From positions 1 to 42,407 of the forward strand of contig CALVOB010000034.1 in the NCBI GenBank assembly GCA_944350095.1: 42,407 bases of DNA, read 5' to 3'. The position numbers and the translations under genes were made by a program. This DNA comes from an uncultured Clostridia bacterium (GTDB lineage Bacteria; Bacillota; Clostridia; Christensenellales; UBA1242). Positions 7,285 through 16,456 of the stretch are shown in pieces. The notes below the pieces were generated by a model. It did no database searches, had not been told where the DNA came from, and saw nothing but the letters and a program-made list of their open reading frames with translations. Numbering within the stretch: position 1 is the stretch's first letter; the number at the start of each line of letters is the position of its first letter.

Positions 7285-9689
7285 CTTAATTTTGCCCCAA
7301 ATTTAAATTCGCAATCTTTTAAAATTTTATGCATAGAAGAATTTACTTCTTCTTCTGTAAGTGTTTTTTCTTGAGAAGATAGTACTATGCGTAGAGCTAT
7401 ACTTTTTTTGTTTTCTCCTAAATTTTTATTCCTATAAATATCAAATATTTTTGCAGAATAATAAAGATTGCCAGCAGATTTTTTAACAGAAGATAAAAGT
7501 TTTTCTGCAGTAATTTCTTCATCTACAATTAAGGCTAAATCTCTTTCTACATAAGGAAATTTTGATATAGGCTTAACTGAAACTTTTTTCTCGTTAAATT
7601 TTATAAGCTTATCTATATTTATTTCCGCATACAAAGTTTTTTCCGGAAGTTCAAAATTATTGCAAACTTTTGGATGTACTACACCAAACGAGCAAATAAT
7701 TTCTTGAGTTGATTTTTCTATGATATCAGCACTCATTCCTGGGTGCATATATGGAAGAGAAGAATATTTTAAATCATAGTTTAAATCAAAACTAGATAAA
7801 AGCTTTTCTATTGTACCCTTTAATGAGAAAAAGTCTACATTTTCATCAATTGCTCCAATACTCAACATATTTATTTCTGATGGTTGTTCTGTTAATGGTA
7901 ATTCTTTTGGTAAATATATTCTTCCCGCTTCAAAAAATCTTAAATCTTTATTTCCATGCTTTATATTGTAAGATAATGAATTTAACATAGAAAATGCCAT
8001 ATTAGTTCTAACACAAGAAAGTTCATCGCTAATTGGATTTCCTAATTTTATCATATTATAATTTTTATGCTCTGGAGTTAATAGAACTAAATCACATGCA
8101 TTTGGTGGACAAAAAGTATAATTTAAAGTTTCATAGTACCCATCATCACATAAAATATTTTTAAGCTTATTTTCCATATGAATAAGTGGGTTAAACTTTC
8201 CAATTGTATAAGAAGAATTTTTCAACGCTGGAACATCTAGATTGTCGTAAACATCATAGCCATAAAGCCTTATTATTTCTTCGGCAATATCTGCATCATT
8301 TTCAATATCAGTTCTAAAAATTGGAATAATACATTTTAATTTATCACCATTAATTTCTGGCTTTAATCCAAGGCATGTAAGAATATTTAAAACTTCTTTA
8401 TTTTCAACTTCAATTCCTAGAATTTTATAAATTCTTTTTAAAGAAAAGGTCATCTCTTTTTCTTTTGGTTCGCAATTTTTTACATCAATCATGCCACTTA
8501 CAATAGTGCCTGCTTTAAGTTTGTAAACTAAACTTAATGCAGTTTGCATGCCTTGCAAAGGAGAACCTATATCTACACCTTTTTCAAATCTAGCTGTACT
8601 ATCTGTTCTAACACCTATTGCTCTACTTGTTGAACGAATATTTGACCTTTCAAAACAAGCTGCTTCTAAAACACTTATTTTTGTATTATCTGTAACAGAA
8701 GAATTAACTCCACCTATTATTCCAGCTATTACATTTGGCTTATTGGCATCTGCAACAACATTAAAAGATGGTTTTAATTCATAAGTATTTCCATTTAATA
8801 CGCTTATCTTTTCGCCATTTATTGCATTTCTTATAATTATTTTGTTGCCTTCAATGTATTTTTCATCAAAAGCATGCATAGGTTGACCTTGTTCCACTAA
8901 AACATAGTTAGTAATATCCACAATGTTGTTTACACATTTAATTCCTACAGCATTTATACGCTTTTTTATCCACATAGGACTTTCTTTTATTGTTATATCT
9001 TTAACAACTGTTGCTATATAACGAGGGCAAAGCTCATAATTTTTTATTTCAACAGATACATAATTGTTTACATCATCTGTTTTGTCAACTTCATAATATG
9101 GGTCTTGTGCAATTAATGGCGTTTTTAAAATTGCACTAATTTCCCTTGCTATTCCTATTACACTCATGCAATCAGGACGGTTAGGTGTTATATTAATATC
9201 AAAAATAACATCATCTAGCCCAAGTGCAGTTTCTATTTTTTCGCCAAGGTCATGTTTTTCATTAAGAACTAAAATACCATAAATATTTGCACCTTTGTAA
9301 TAATCTTCTGTAATACCTAATTCTTCGCCTGAGCAAAACATACCCTCAGATACTTCTCCGCGAAGGTTAGATTTTTTTATTTTAATTCCATTTACAAGAT
9401 CGGCACCATCAAGAGCTACAGGAACATAGTCTCCTTCTCGAATATTTTTTGCCGCAGTTATTATTTGAAGTTTTCTATCACCTAAATCCACCTGACAAAC
9501 ATCAAGTTTTTCTGCATTAGGATGTTTTTGTATGCTTAAAATTTTACAAACATAAACATCATGTAAGTGTTTATTTTGATATTCTATTTCTTCAACTTCT
9601 AAACCTGCGTTAGTAAGCTTATTAGCCAATTCTTCTGGTGAAATATCTATTTTAACAAATTCTTTTAACCAATTTAATGTAACTTTCAT
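7281..9689 (-). CDS. pheT: Phenylalanine--tRNA ligase beta subunit
   Basis: HPNAEKL, TPNRPDC, DIAEEIIRLYGYD, C-terminal FDX-ACB (RDLALIV...GAKLR). Confidence 0.98.
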   Translation of the reverse strand: MKVTLNWLKEFVKIDISPEELANKLTNAGLEVEEIEYQNKHLHDVYVCKILSIQKHPNAEKLDVCQVDLGDRKLQIITAAKNIREGDYVPVALDGADLVNGIKIKKSNLRGEVSEGMFCSGEELGITEDYYKGANIYGILVLNEKHDLGEKIETALGLDDVIFDINITPNRPDCMSVIGIAREISAILKTPLIAQDPYYEVDKTDDVNNYVSVEIKNYELCPRYIATVVKDITIKESPMWIKKRINAVGIKCVNNIVDITNYVLVEQGQPMHAFDEKYIEGNKIIIRNAINGEKISVLNGNTYELKPSFNVVADANKPNVIAGIIGGVNSSVTDNTKISVLEAACFERSNIRSTSRAIGVRTDSTARFEKGVDIGSPLQGMQTALSLVYKLKAGTIVSGMIDVKNCEPKEKEMTFSLKRIYKILGIEVENKEVLNILTCLGLKPEINGDKLKCIIPIFRTDIENDADIAEEIIRLYGYDVYDNLDVPALKNSSYTIGKFNPLIHMENKLKNILCDDGYYETLNYTFCPPNACDLVLLTPEHKNYNMIKLGNPISDELSCVRTNMAFSMLNSLSYNIKHGNKDLRFFEAGRIYLPKELPLTEQPSEINMLSIGAIDENVDFFSLKGTIEKLLSSFDLNYDLKYSSLPYMHPGMSADIIEKSTQEIICSFGVVHPKVCNNFELPEKTLYAEINIDKLIKFNEKKVSVKPISKFPYVERDLALIVDEEITAEKLLSSVKKSAGNLYYSAKIFDIYRNKNLGENKKSIALRIVLSSQEKTLTEEEVNSSMHKILKDCEFKFGAKLR

Positions 9690-9702
9690 TTTTGTAACTC
9701 CA

Positions 9703-10722
9703 TTATTTTATCTGTGATAAGAATTTTAAATCGTTTTCAAACATCATTCTTATTGATGGTACTTTGTATTCTGTAATTGCAAATCTATCAACTCCAAATC
9801 CAAAAGCAAGCCCTGAATATTTCTTAGAATCAATACCGCAATTTTCTAATACTTTAGGATTAACCATACCTGCTCCAAGCAATTCCATAAAACCAGAACC
9901 TTTACATCTTGGGCAACCTTTTCCGCCACACATCGGACAAGTAGCATCTACTTCTACACTTGGCTCCGTAAAAGGAAAGAATGATGGCCTAAATCTTATT
10001 TGAGTATTTTCACCAAATAGCATTTTTAAAAGTTTGGTAAGTAAAGCCTTTAAGTCTATCATACTAATATTTTCATCAACCACTAAACCTTCTAGCTGAT
10101 GGAAAACTGGTGAATGAGTAGCATCACTATCAGCTCTATAAGTTCTACCTGGACTAACAATTTTAATAGGAGGCTTCATTGTTTCCATAGCCCTAATTTG
10201 CATAGCTGAAGTTTGCGATCTCATAATTAAATTTTGAGTTATATAAAAAGAATCTTGCATATCTCTTGCTGGATGGTCTTTTGGTATATTTAACGCTTCA
10301 AAGTTATAATAATCAGTTTCAATTTCTGGACCATCTACAACTGTAAATCCCATTTCTACGCAAGCTTCCATTAATTTATTCATGACTTTGTTTAATGGAT
10401 GAATTTGCCCACGCTCTACATTTTTTGCTGGCTCTGTTATATCTATTTTTTGTTCAGCAAGTTTTCTTTCAAGTTCTAAAGAATTTAATTTTTCTTCTGT
10501 TTCTTGAATAACATTTTCTAACCTTTCACGCGTAGCATTTATCACTGCACCAAATTTAGGTCTTTCTTCGGCAGGAATGTCTTTCATTCCTCTAAGCAAT
10601 GACGTAAACTGCCCTTGTTTACCAAGATATTTAACTTTAAAATCTGATAGGGATTTTAAATCTTCAATTTTTACAAGTTCTTTTAATGCCTCTGTTTCAA
10701 GTTGTTTAACTTTTTCTTCCAT
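9703..10722 (-). CDS. pheS: Phenylalanine--tRNA ligase alpha subunit
   Basis: HPARDMQDSFY, THSPVFHQLEG, FRPSFFPFTEPS; start moved to MEEK at 10722 (AGGAGA RBS). Confidence 0.98.
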   Translation of the reverse strand: MEEKVKQLETEALKELVKIEDLKSLSDFKVKYLGKQGQFTSLLRGMKDIPAEERPKFGAVINATRERLENVIQETEEKLNSLELERKLAEQKIDITEPAKNVERGQIHPLNKVMNKLMEACVEMGFTVVDGPEIETDYYNFEALNIPKDHPARDMQDSFYITQNLIMRSQTSAMQIRAMETMKPPIKIVSPGRTYRADSDATHSPVFHQLEGLVVDENISMIDLKALLTKLLKMLFGENTQIRFRPSFFPFTEPSVEVDATCPMCGGKGCPRCKGSGFMELLGAGMVNPKVLENCGIDSKKYSGLAFGFGVDRFAITEYKVPSIRMMFENDLKFLSQIK

Positions 10723-10812
10723 ATTATCTCCTAACTTAAAAAGTTTATCATACATGCTTTATAATAGTCAACTAATTGCAAGTTTTTTAAAATTTTTTTA
10801 ATTCAAAATATA

Positions 10813-10834
10813 GTACTATGCATTTGCATAGTAC
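10813..10834. repeat. Perfect inverted repeat GTACTATGCA-TT-TGCATAGTAC upstream of pheS
   Basis: Seen directly; same 10-mer as the array at 1099-1139. Confidence 0.7.
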
Positions 10835-10853
10835 GCAACATTTGGTATTGTAT

Positions 10854-11444
10854 TTATTTTTTTAGGCTATCTTTTAAAGATAACATCTTTTTTGTAAGCA
10901 AATCACCTATTTTATCTAGAAGCTCATTTGATAATTTTTGTCCTGCATATTCTTCCATAGAAATAGGTTCACCTATTATTAGCTTATTTCTTCTAAATGC
11001 TTTCGGTTTCTTTTCTAGCCACAGAGGAACTATAGGAGCACCAGATTTAACAGCTATCATACCAGCACCATTTTTTATTTCAAGCAGAGCTTCTTCAGTT
11101 TTATTTCTTGTACCTTCTGGAAAAATTGTTAAAAGCTTATCTTTTTTTAGCACATTTAAACATGATTTTATTGCTTTTAAATCAACTGCATTTCTATCTA
11201 TTGGTATAGCCCCCATCTTTTTTAAAAACCAAGAATTAAACTTATTTTTAAAAAGCTCTTTTTTACCTAAAAAATGCTGTTTTCTAAATATTGTTGTTCC
11301 TAAAACTACAACATCTGAATTGCTATAATGGTTACAAATTAATATAGCTTTACCTTTTGGCAAATTTTTCTTTCCTATTAATTTAATTGGGTGAAATAAT
11401 CTATAAAACGGCCAAACTATAATTTGAATTATTTTGTAAAACAT
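10854..11444 (-). CDS. plsC: 1-acyl-sn-glycerol-3-phosphate acyltransferase
   Basis: NHYSNSD (HX4D) and FPEGTR motifs. Confidence 0.93.
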   Translation of the reverse strand: MFYKIIQIIVWPFYRLFHPIKLIGKKNLPKGKAILICNHYSNSDVVVLGTTIFRKQHFLGKKELFKNKFNSWFLKKMGAIPIDRNAVDLKAIKSCLNVLKKDKLLTIFPEGTRNKTEEALLEIKNGAGMIAVKSGAPIVPLWLEKKPKAFRRNKLIIGEPISMEEYAGQKLSNELLDKIGDLLTKKMLSLKDSLKK

Positions 11445-11452
11445 TTTACCTC

Positions 11453-12160
11453 CTAAATTTTGCTTAAATACAAAAGTTCTTCATTATTCAATTCTTTATA
11501 TTTGCCTCTAACAAGCCCACCAAGTTTTATCTCGCCTATTCTAACTCTTTTTAAAAGTATTATAGTTTTACCTATACAATCAAACATTCTTCTAATTTGC
11601 CTATTTTGACCTTCATCAATTCTAACAGAAAGCCTTGTTTTATCTTTTAAAACTTCTATTACATCAACTTTCGCTTCAGGCATTCTAACCCCATTTTCTA
11701 TAACTCCTGCTCTTAAAACAGCACACTCACTCTCTTTAATTTTACCCTCAATTACAACAATGTATTCTTTTTCTATTTCATAAGTTGGATGTGTTAATTT
11801 ATATGCTAAATTACCATCGTTTGTAATAAGAATTAACCCCTCAGTATTATAATCTAATCTACCAATGGAAAAAAGACGCCCTTTTGCGTCTGGAATTAAA
11901 TCATAAATGGTCTTTCTCCCCTTTTCATCTTTTGCTGAACAAATATATCCTTTTGGCTTATTTAGTTTTAAATATACAAAATCGTTGACAAGTTTTATTT
12001 CTTTACCATCAACAAAAACTTTATCTTTTTTTTCATTTATCTGATATGCAAGTTGTTCTATAACCTTGCCATTAACTTTGACTTTTCCTGCAAGAATTAA
12101 ATCCTCTACTTTTCTTCTTGAGCCAAGCCCAGATTGTGCTAAAAATTTATTTATTCTCAT
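11453..12160 (-). CDS. rluB: rRNA pseudouridine synthase (RsuA/RluB family)
   Basis: S4 domain (MRINKFLAQSG..SRRK), NKPKG, GRLDYNTEGL. Confidence 0.9.
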   Translation of the reverse strand: MRINKFLAQSGLGSRRKVEDLILAGKVKVNGKVIEQLAYQINEKKDKVFVDGKEIKLVNDFVYLKLNKPKGYICSAKDEKGRKTIYDLIPDAKGRLFSIGRLDYNTEGLILITNDGNLAYKLTHPTYEIEKEYIVVIEGKIKESECAVLRAGVIENGVRMPEAKVDVIEVLKDKTRLSVRIDEGQNRQIRRMFDCIGKTIILLKRVRIGEIKLGGLVRGKYKELNNEELLYLSKI

Positions 12161-12181
12161 GTAAATAATTTAAAATTTTTT

Positions 12182-13324
12182 TTAAGCAATGTCAAGAGAA
12201 TTTATGTTCCAATTTCCTATTATTTCCTTTATATTATCAAAAAAGTCAACAGATTTAACCTCTTCCATAGCATAAACATCTTCTGAGAACAATCTTTTTC
12301 CATCAAGATATATGCTAAAATTTCCCACCACGCTATCTTTTTCTATTGGAGCTTCAATATTTTCAGGAATGTTATATTCATAAATTAGTTTATTTTGCTC
12401 TTCTTCTGTTAATGGATAAGAAAAACCTTTTCTTGAATAAACTTTAAGACTTTCTTCTTTTCCATCAATTACACCAACTCTTCTGATATAATTATAAGGC
12501 GGAACTATTTCTACTAGCTTGTACTCATTAAATGCTTGTTCTAGTAAAACGGCACATTCTTCGAACATAGGGCCACAATTAAAAATAACACAGATAAACT
12601 CCGTTCCTTCTCTTTCTGCAGAACCAACGAAGCATCTACCAGCATCATCTGTAAATCCTGTTTTTACACCTGTAGCTCCTTGAAAGTTATTTAATAATTT
12701 GTTTTTATTTTTAAGATATCTTTTAGGAACTTTATCATTTCCTGATATTTGACATTCTTTTGTGCTTACAATTTCAGCAAAAGTTTCATTTGATAACGCC
12801 TTTGCTGTAATTAAAGCTAAATCGTGTGCAGTTGTAAAATGACCTTCTTCGTCTAAACCATGCGGATTAGCAAATGAAGAGTTTGTAGCCCCAGCGTTTT
12901 TTGCAGTTTCAAGCATTAGTTTACAAAAGTCTTCAATGCTATCTGAAATATAGTAAGCAAGTGCAGTTGCAGCATCATTTCCTGAAACAAGCATCATTCC
13001 ATATAAAAGTTCTTTTACAGAGAGTTTTTCTCCTTTAACTAAATAAATTGATGTCCCAGGAATTCCTACTGCTCTATCATCTATATCTACTATTTCATCT
13101 AAGTCATCACAATTTTCTAGTACTGTTAAAGCTGTTACAATTTTGGTCGTGCTTGCCATAGGAAGTGGCTCAGAAGAATTTTTTGAATAAATTTCTCGTC
13201 CTGTGGTTTTTTCAATTAACATCATAGCTTTGGCAGAAGTTTGAAAATCTGCCACAGCCCATATTTTCGGAACTAATACATTAATACAAAGCAAAATTGC
13301 TATGAATATAATTATTTTTTTCAT
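12182..13324 (-). CDS. dacB: D-alanyl-D-alanine carboxypeptidase (DacB-like, peptidase S11)
   Basis: Signal peptide, ASTTK, SGNDAA, KTGFT motifs; ytfJ-dacB-rluB synteny. Confidence 0.88.
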   Translation of the reverse strand: MKKIIIFIAILLCINVLVPKIWAVADFQTSAKAMMLIEKTTGREIYSKNSSEPLPMASTTKIVTALTVLENCDDLDEIVDIDDRAVGIPGTSIYLVKGEKLSVKELLYGMMLVSGNDAATALAYYISDSIEDFCKLMLETAKNAGATNSSFANPHGLDEEGHFTTAHDLALITAKALSNETFAEIVSTKECQISGNDKVPKRYLKNKNKLLNNFQGATGVKTGFTDDAGRCFVGSAEREGTEFICVIFNCGPMFEECAVLLEQAFNEYKLVEIVPPYNYIRRVGVIDGKEESLKVYSRKGFSYPLTEEEQNKLIYEYNIPENIEAPIEKDSVVGNFSIYLDGKRLFSEDVYAMEEVKSVDFFDNIKEIIGNWNINSLDIA

Positions 13325-13707
13325 TGTTTTTTCTCTCCAATTTTATCTACAATAGTATTTAGAATATTTAAAAAAGTCTGATATGCAGTTTTATTTTCAA
13401 TATCTATAAATTTATAACTTCCATGACTTTCAATTAAAAAACCTACAGGTGAAACGCTCATACCACCACCGCTACCCCCAGCCATTGGGTAATGTTTTGC
13501 AACTCTTCTTGAACTTTTGTCTGAATATTCTCCCCCACCTACAACAAATCCAACACTAACTTTAGATATAGGAATAATTATTGTTCCATCTGGAGAAATC
13601 ACAGGATCTCCAATTATAGTGTTAGTTTCCATTAATGTTTTAATATTGGATATACTTTCCTCAATTAAATTATTGATATTAGACGAATTTTCATCAAATA
13701 TTTTCAT
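13321..13707 (-). CDS. ytfJ: Spore germination/sporulation protein GerW (YtfJ)
   Basis: NTIIGDPV..DGTIIIPISKVSVGF..GGGE, GGSGGG.SVSPVGFL. Confidence 0.93.
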   Translation of the reverse strand: MKIFDENSSNINNLIEESISNIKTLMETNTIIGDPVISPDGTIIIPISKVSVGFVVGGGEYSDKSSRRVAKHYPMAGGSGGGMSVSPVGFLIESHGSYKFIDIENKTAYQTFLNILNTIVDKIGEKKQ

Positions 13708-13716
13708 AAGATCTCC

Positions 13717-14292
13717 TTAATTTTTAACTGATACAAAGCCTTTTTTACTATCTGATTTCTTTACAATGATACTTGCCATAATAAAGGAATATAAAGTATC
13801 AAAAATTGAAATTGAAATTCTTCCCAACAAACTAATTTGAAAAACTTTTTCCTTATAGTTGGTGTGGTTTACAATGTCTATTTGTGCTGTATCTTTAAAG
13901 TTTTTAATATATCCTAAAAACATACTAATAGCTATTGAAATACCTGCACTTAACATAGCAGATTGAAATGCATCTCCTGTTCCTATGTGGCTGTGAAACT
14001 CTAGCTTTTTTACTTTAATTTTATCTTTTATTTGAACGGAAAATTGTTCTAAAAGTTTTATTTCTGGACCAATAAGAGATATTTCAATTTGTTTTGCATC
14101 TTTTTTCGTTCGAATTACAATTGTTTTTCCTTTAATTTTGAAAGTAATTAACACAATTTTTATAAACCATAGTTTAAGTGCTAATGTACCATAATTTTTG
14201 TAAACATTATAGGAAATTCTTACTTCAAAAATAAAAGGCAACAATAATAAAATAAACAAAAACAGAGGTATAATAAGCCATAGACTTTGCAT
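13717..14292 (-). CDS. DUF2953 / YtfI-like membrane-anchored protein
   Basis: N-terminal TM, IGTGDAFQSA motif, position directly upstream of ytfJ. Confidence 0.7.
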   Translation of the reverse strand: MQSLWLIIPLFLFILLLLPFIFEVRISYNVYKNYGTLALKLWFIKIVLITFKIKGKTIVIRTKKDAKQIEISLIGPEIKLLEQFSVQIKDKIKVKKLEFHSHIGTGDAFQSAMLSAGISIAISMFLGYIKNFKDTAQIDIVNHTNYKEKVFQISLLGRISISIFDTLYSFIMASIIVKKSDSKKGFVSVKN

Positions 14293-14324
14293 ACCTCTAT
14301 TATTTTTTATTTAAAAAATTTTAT

Positions 14325-15005
14325 TCAATTTTTGGGAACTAAATTTAACATTTCATCAAGTTGACTAGAATTTAAGTATGTATCAGGGATTTTTCCTGTA
14401 ATTACACTTTCTGTAAGTAATATTTCTGTGGTAGTATTTACAATTTTTGTATCTGTTGGCAAAATTATGCTTACATCTGTTTCAACATACAAATATATAC
14501 CATGAATAGTTTGGTTTATTCCCGCAGATGTAAATTCAGAATGAAATCTTGTATAAATAGTTCCTATTGGAGATAGTTTTAGGTTTACTTTTGGCCCTCT
14601 ATCTGTAAGCAAAGTAATACCTGTAAATGTACCAATACCAATTTCTATCCCCTGTTCACCTAAATTGTTTAAACTTTCTTGTGCAGACGTTAAAATTTCT
14701 TTTGATAATAAATTAATTTTATAAGCATTTGCCGTTATCATTTGAATATCGTTATTATCATCTTTTATTATTTCAATAAGTTCATTATAAATTTGTTCAT
14801 CTTGTATAACACTATAAACAGCATTTTCAACTGAACTTTGAGTTAACGAGCGTACTTTGGCCTCCGTTGCGTCAATTATGATAGGATTTACAACATAATG
14901 CAAATACAAAAATATTGAAATTATTATAAGCAGAATAATAGTTAAAACTATATAAAGTTTCTTTTTTGCTGATAGTTTCTTTTTTCTATACTCATATTTT
15001 ACCAC
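14325..15005 (-). CDS. yunB: Sporulation protein YunB
   Basis: N-terminal TM, GPK..L.L.PIG, SEFTSAGINQTIH, ESVITGKIPDTY. Confidence 0.93.
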   Translation of the reverse strand: MVKYEYRKKKLSAKKKLYIVLTIILLIIISIFLYLHYVVNPIIIDATEAKVRSLTQSSVENAVYSVIQDEQIYNELIEIIKDDNNDIQMITANAYKINLLSKEILTSAQESLNNLGEQGIEIGIGTFTGITLLTDRGPKVNLKLSPIGTIYTRFHSEFTSAGINQTIHGIYLYVETDVSIILPTDTKIVNTTTEILLTESVITGKIPDTYLNSSQLDEMLNLVPKN

Positions 15006-15037
15006 ATATATTTATATGCAAAAATTTTAATTTGTAT

Positions 15038-16453
15038 TTAAAAGAACTCATATTTTTTATTGATAATTTCATCTATTCTATTATTATAATCCGATAAAAA
15101 TTTTGGATTGGCAAGTCTTTCAATTCTATTATCATCATAAAAAATACGCTTTGAAATAGCCCCCGCACCACATGCAATTATACTATTTGTTTCTTCCATA
15201 CTATCTATATTAAACGTGCAAGCTTTTCCCTTTTTTGTATAACCAATATTTTCCAAACCTTCAATTTGATTTTTTTGTCTATACAAATAATAAGGATTAT
15301 ATCCATCCGCCGTCAATTTGTTATACGCATAATCTACCATTTTTACAACATTTTCATCTGTATCAGGCGGATTGTTAAACAAAAGTGAGCCATGTTTTAA
15401 AGAAAGAGTATGAACAGTTATATTATCAGGAGAAAGTTCTATGGCAGTGTCTATTGTCTTTTTAAATGTTGTAAATTTTTCTCCTGGCAAGCCTGCAATA
15501 AAATCCATATTTATAGAAAAATCGTATTTTAATGCTAGTTTGTAAGCTTCTAGTATATCTTTAACCGTATGTTTTCTTCCAATAAGTTTTAAAGTTTTTT
15601 GACAAAATGTTTGTGGATTAATAGAAATTCTTGTAACTTCAGCCTCTTTTAATACTTTTAATTTTTCATCAGTAATAGTATCAGGTCTACCACATTCTAC
15701 TGTAAACTCTGATATTGGATAATTAATTTCATTAAATAGCTTTTTAAATTGTTCTGGTGTAAGTATGCTAGGTGTTCCCCCTCCTATATATACAGTTCTT
15801 ATAACATAAGCTTTGTCATTAACTATTTTCTGAACCATTTTTAATTCTTTTACAAGATTTTCAATATATTCAGGGAGAATATCTTTTACTTTTTCATATT
15901 CAGAAGAAATAAAGGAACAATATGAACATCTTGATGGACATACAGGAATATTTATATATAAATCTACAAGTTTCTCATTCCTTATTATTGAGGTTTGATT
16001 TCTTATCACTTTGGCAACAATCTTTGCTTTTTGTTCACTAACTAGATAGTTCTTCATTAGCATTTCTTTTATAAAATAAATTGGCGTACCTTCTTCAAGT
16101 AATTCATAACCAATTTTTGTAGGTCTTATTCCTGTTAAACTTCCCCATGGCATAGTTTTTCCTGTAATGTTTACAAGAAGCTTATATAAAGCCAATTTTA
16201 AATATCGTTTTATATATTTCTTCTTTTTTAACTCTGTACCTTTTATATCTGGTTTAATTTTAGGTAGAATTTGTTTTTCAGAAAATGTTTTGCCATTTAA
16301 ATTAAAACAATTTTCTATTTCATCTCCAAATAATTTTAAACCATGCGTTAAAACCACCCCATCATCTTCATTTAAAATTAAATTGGGATAAAACATGTGC
16401 ATTATATCATATATATCATTTTTAAACTCTTCTTTGTTTGTGTTTATAATCAT
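15038..16453 (-). CDS. hemZ: Radical SAM coproporphyrinogen dehydrogenase-like protein HemZ
   Basis: PWGSLTGIRPTK, CPSRCSYC, YIGGGTPS, PYYLYRQKN. Confidence 0.93.
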   Translation of the reverse strand: MIINTNKEEFKNDIYDIMHMFYPNLILNEDDGVVLTHGLKLFGDEIENCFNLNGKTFSEKQILPKIKPDIKGTELKKKKYIKRYLKLALYKLLVNITGKTMPWGSLTGIRPTKIGYELLEEGTPIYFIKEMLMKNYLVSEQKAKIVAKVIRNQTSIIRNEKLVDLYINIPVCPSRCSYCSFISSEYEKVKDILPEYIENLVKELKMVQKIVNDKAYVIRTVYIGGGTPSILTPEQFKKLFNEINYPISEFTVECGRPDTITDEKLKVLKEAEVTRISINPQTFCQKTLKLIGRKHTVKDILEAYKLALKYDFSINMDFIAGLPGEKFTTFKKTIDTAIELSPDNITVHTLSLKHGSLLFNNPPDTDENVVKMVDYAYNKLTADGYNPYYLYRQKNQIEGLENIGYTKKGKACTFNIDSMEETNSIIACGAGAISKRIFYDDNRIERLANPKFLSDYNNRIDEIINKKYEFF

Positions 16454-16456
16454 ATA

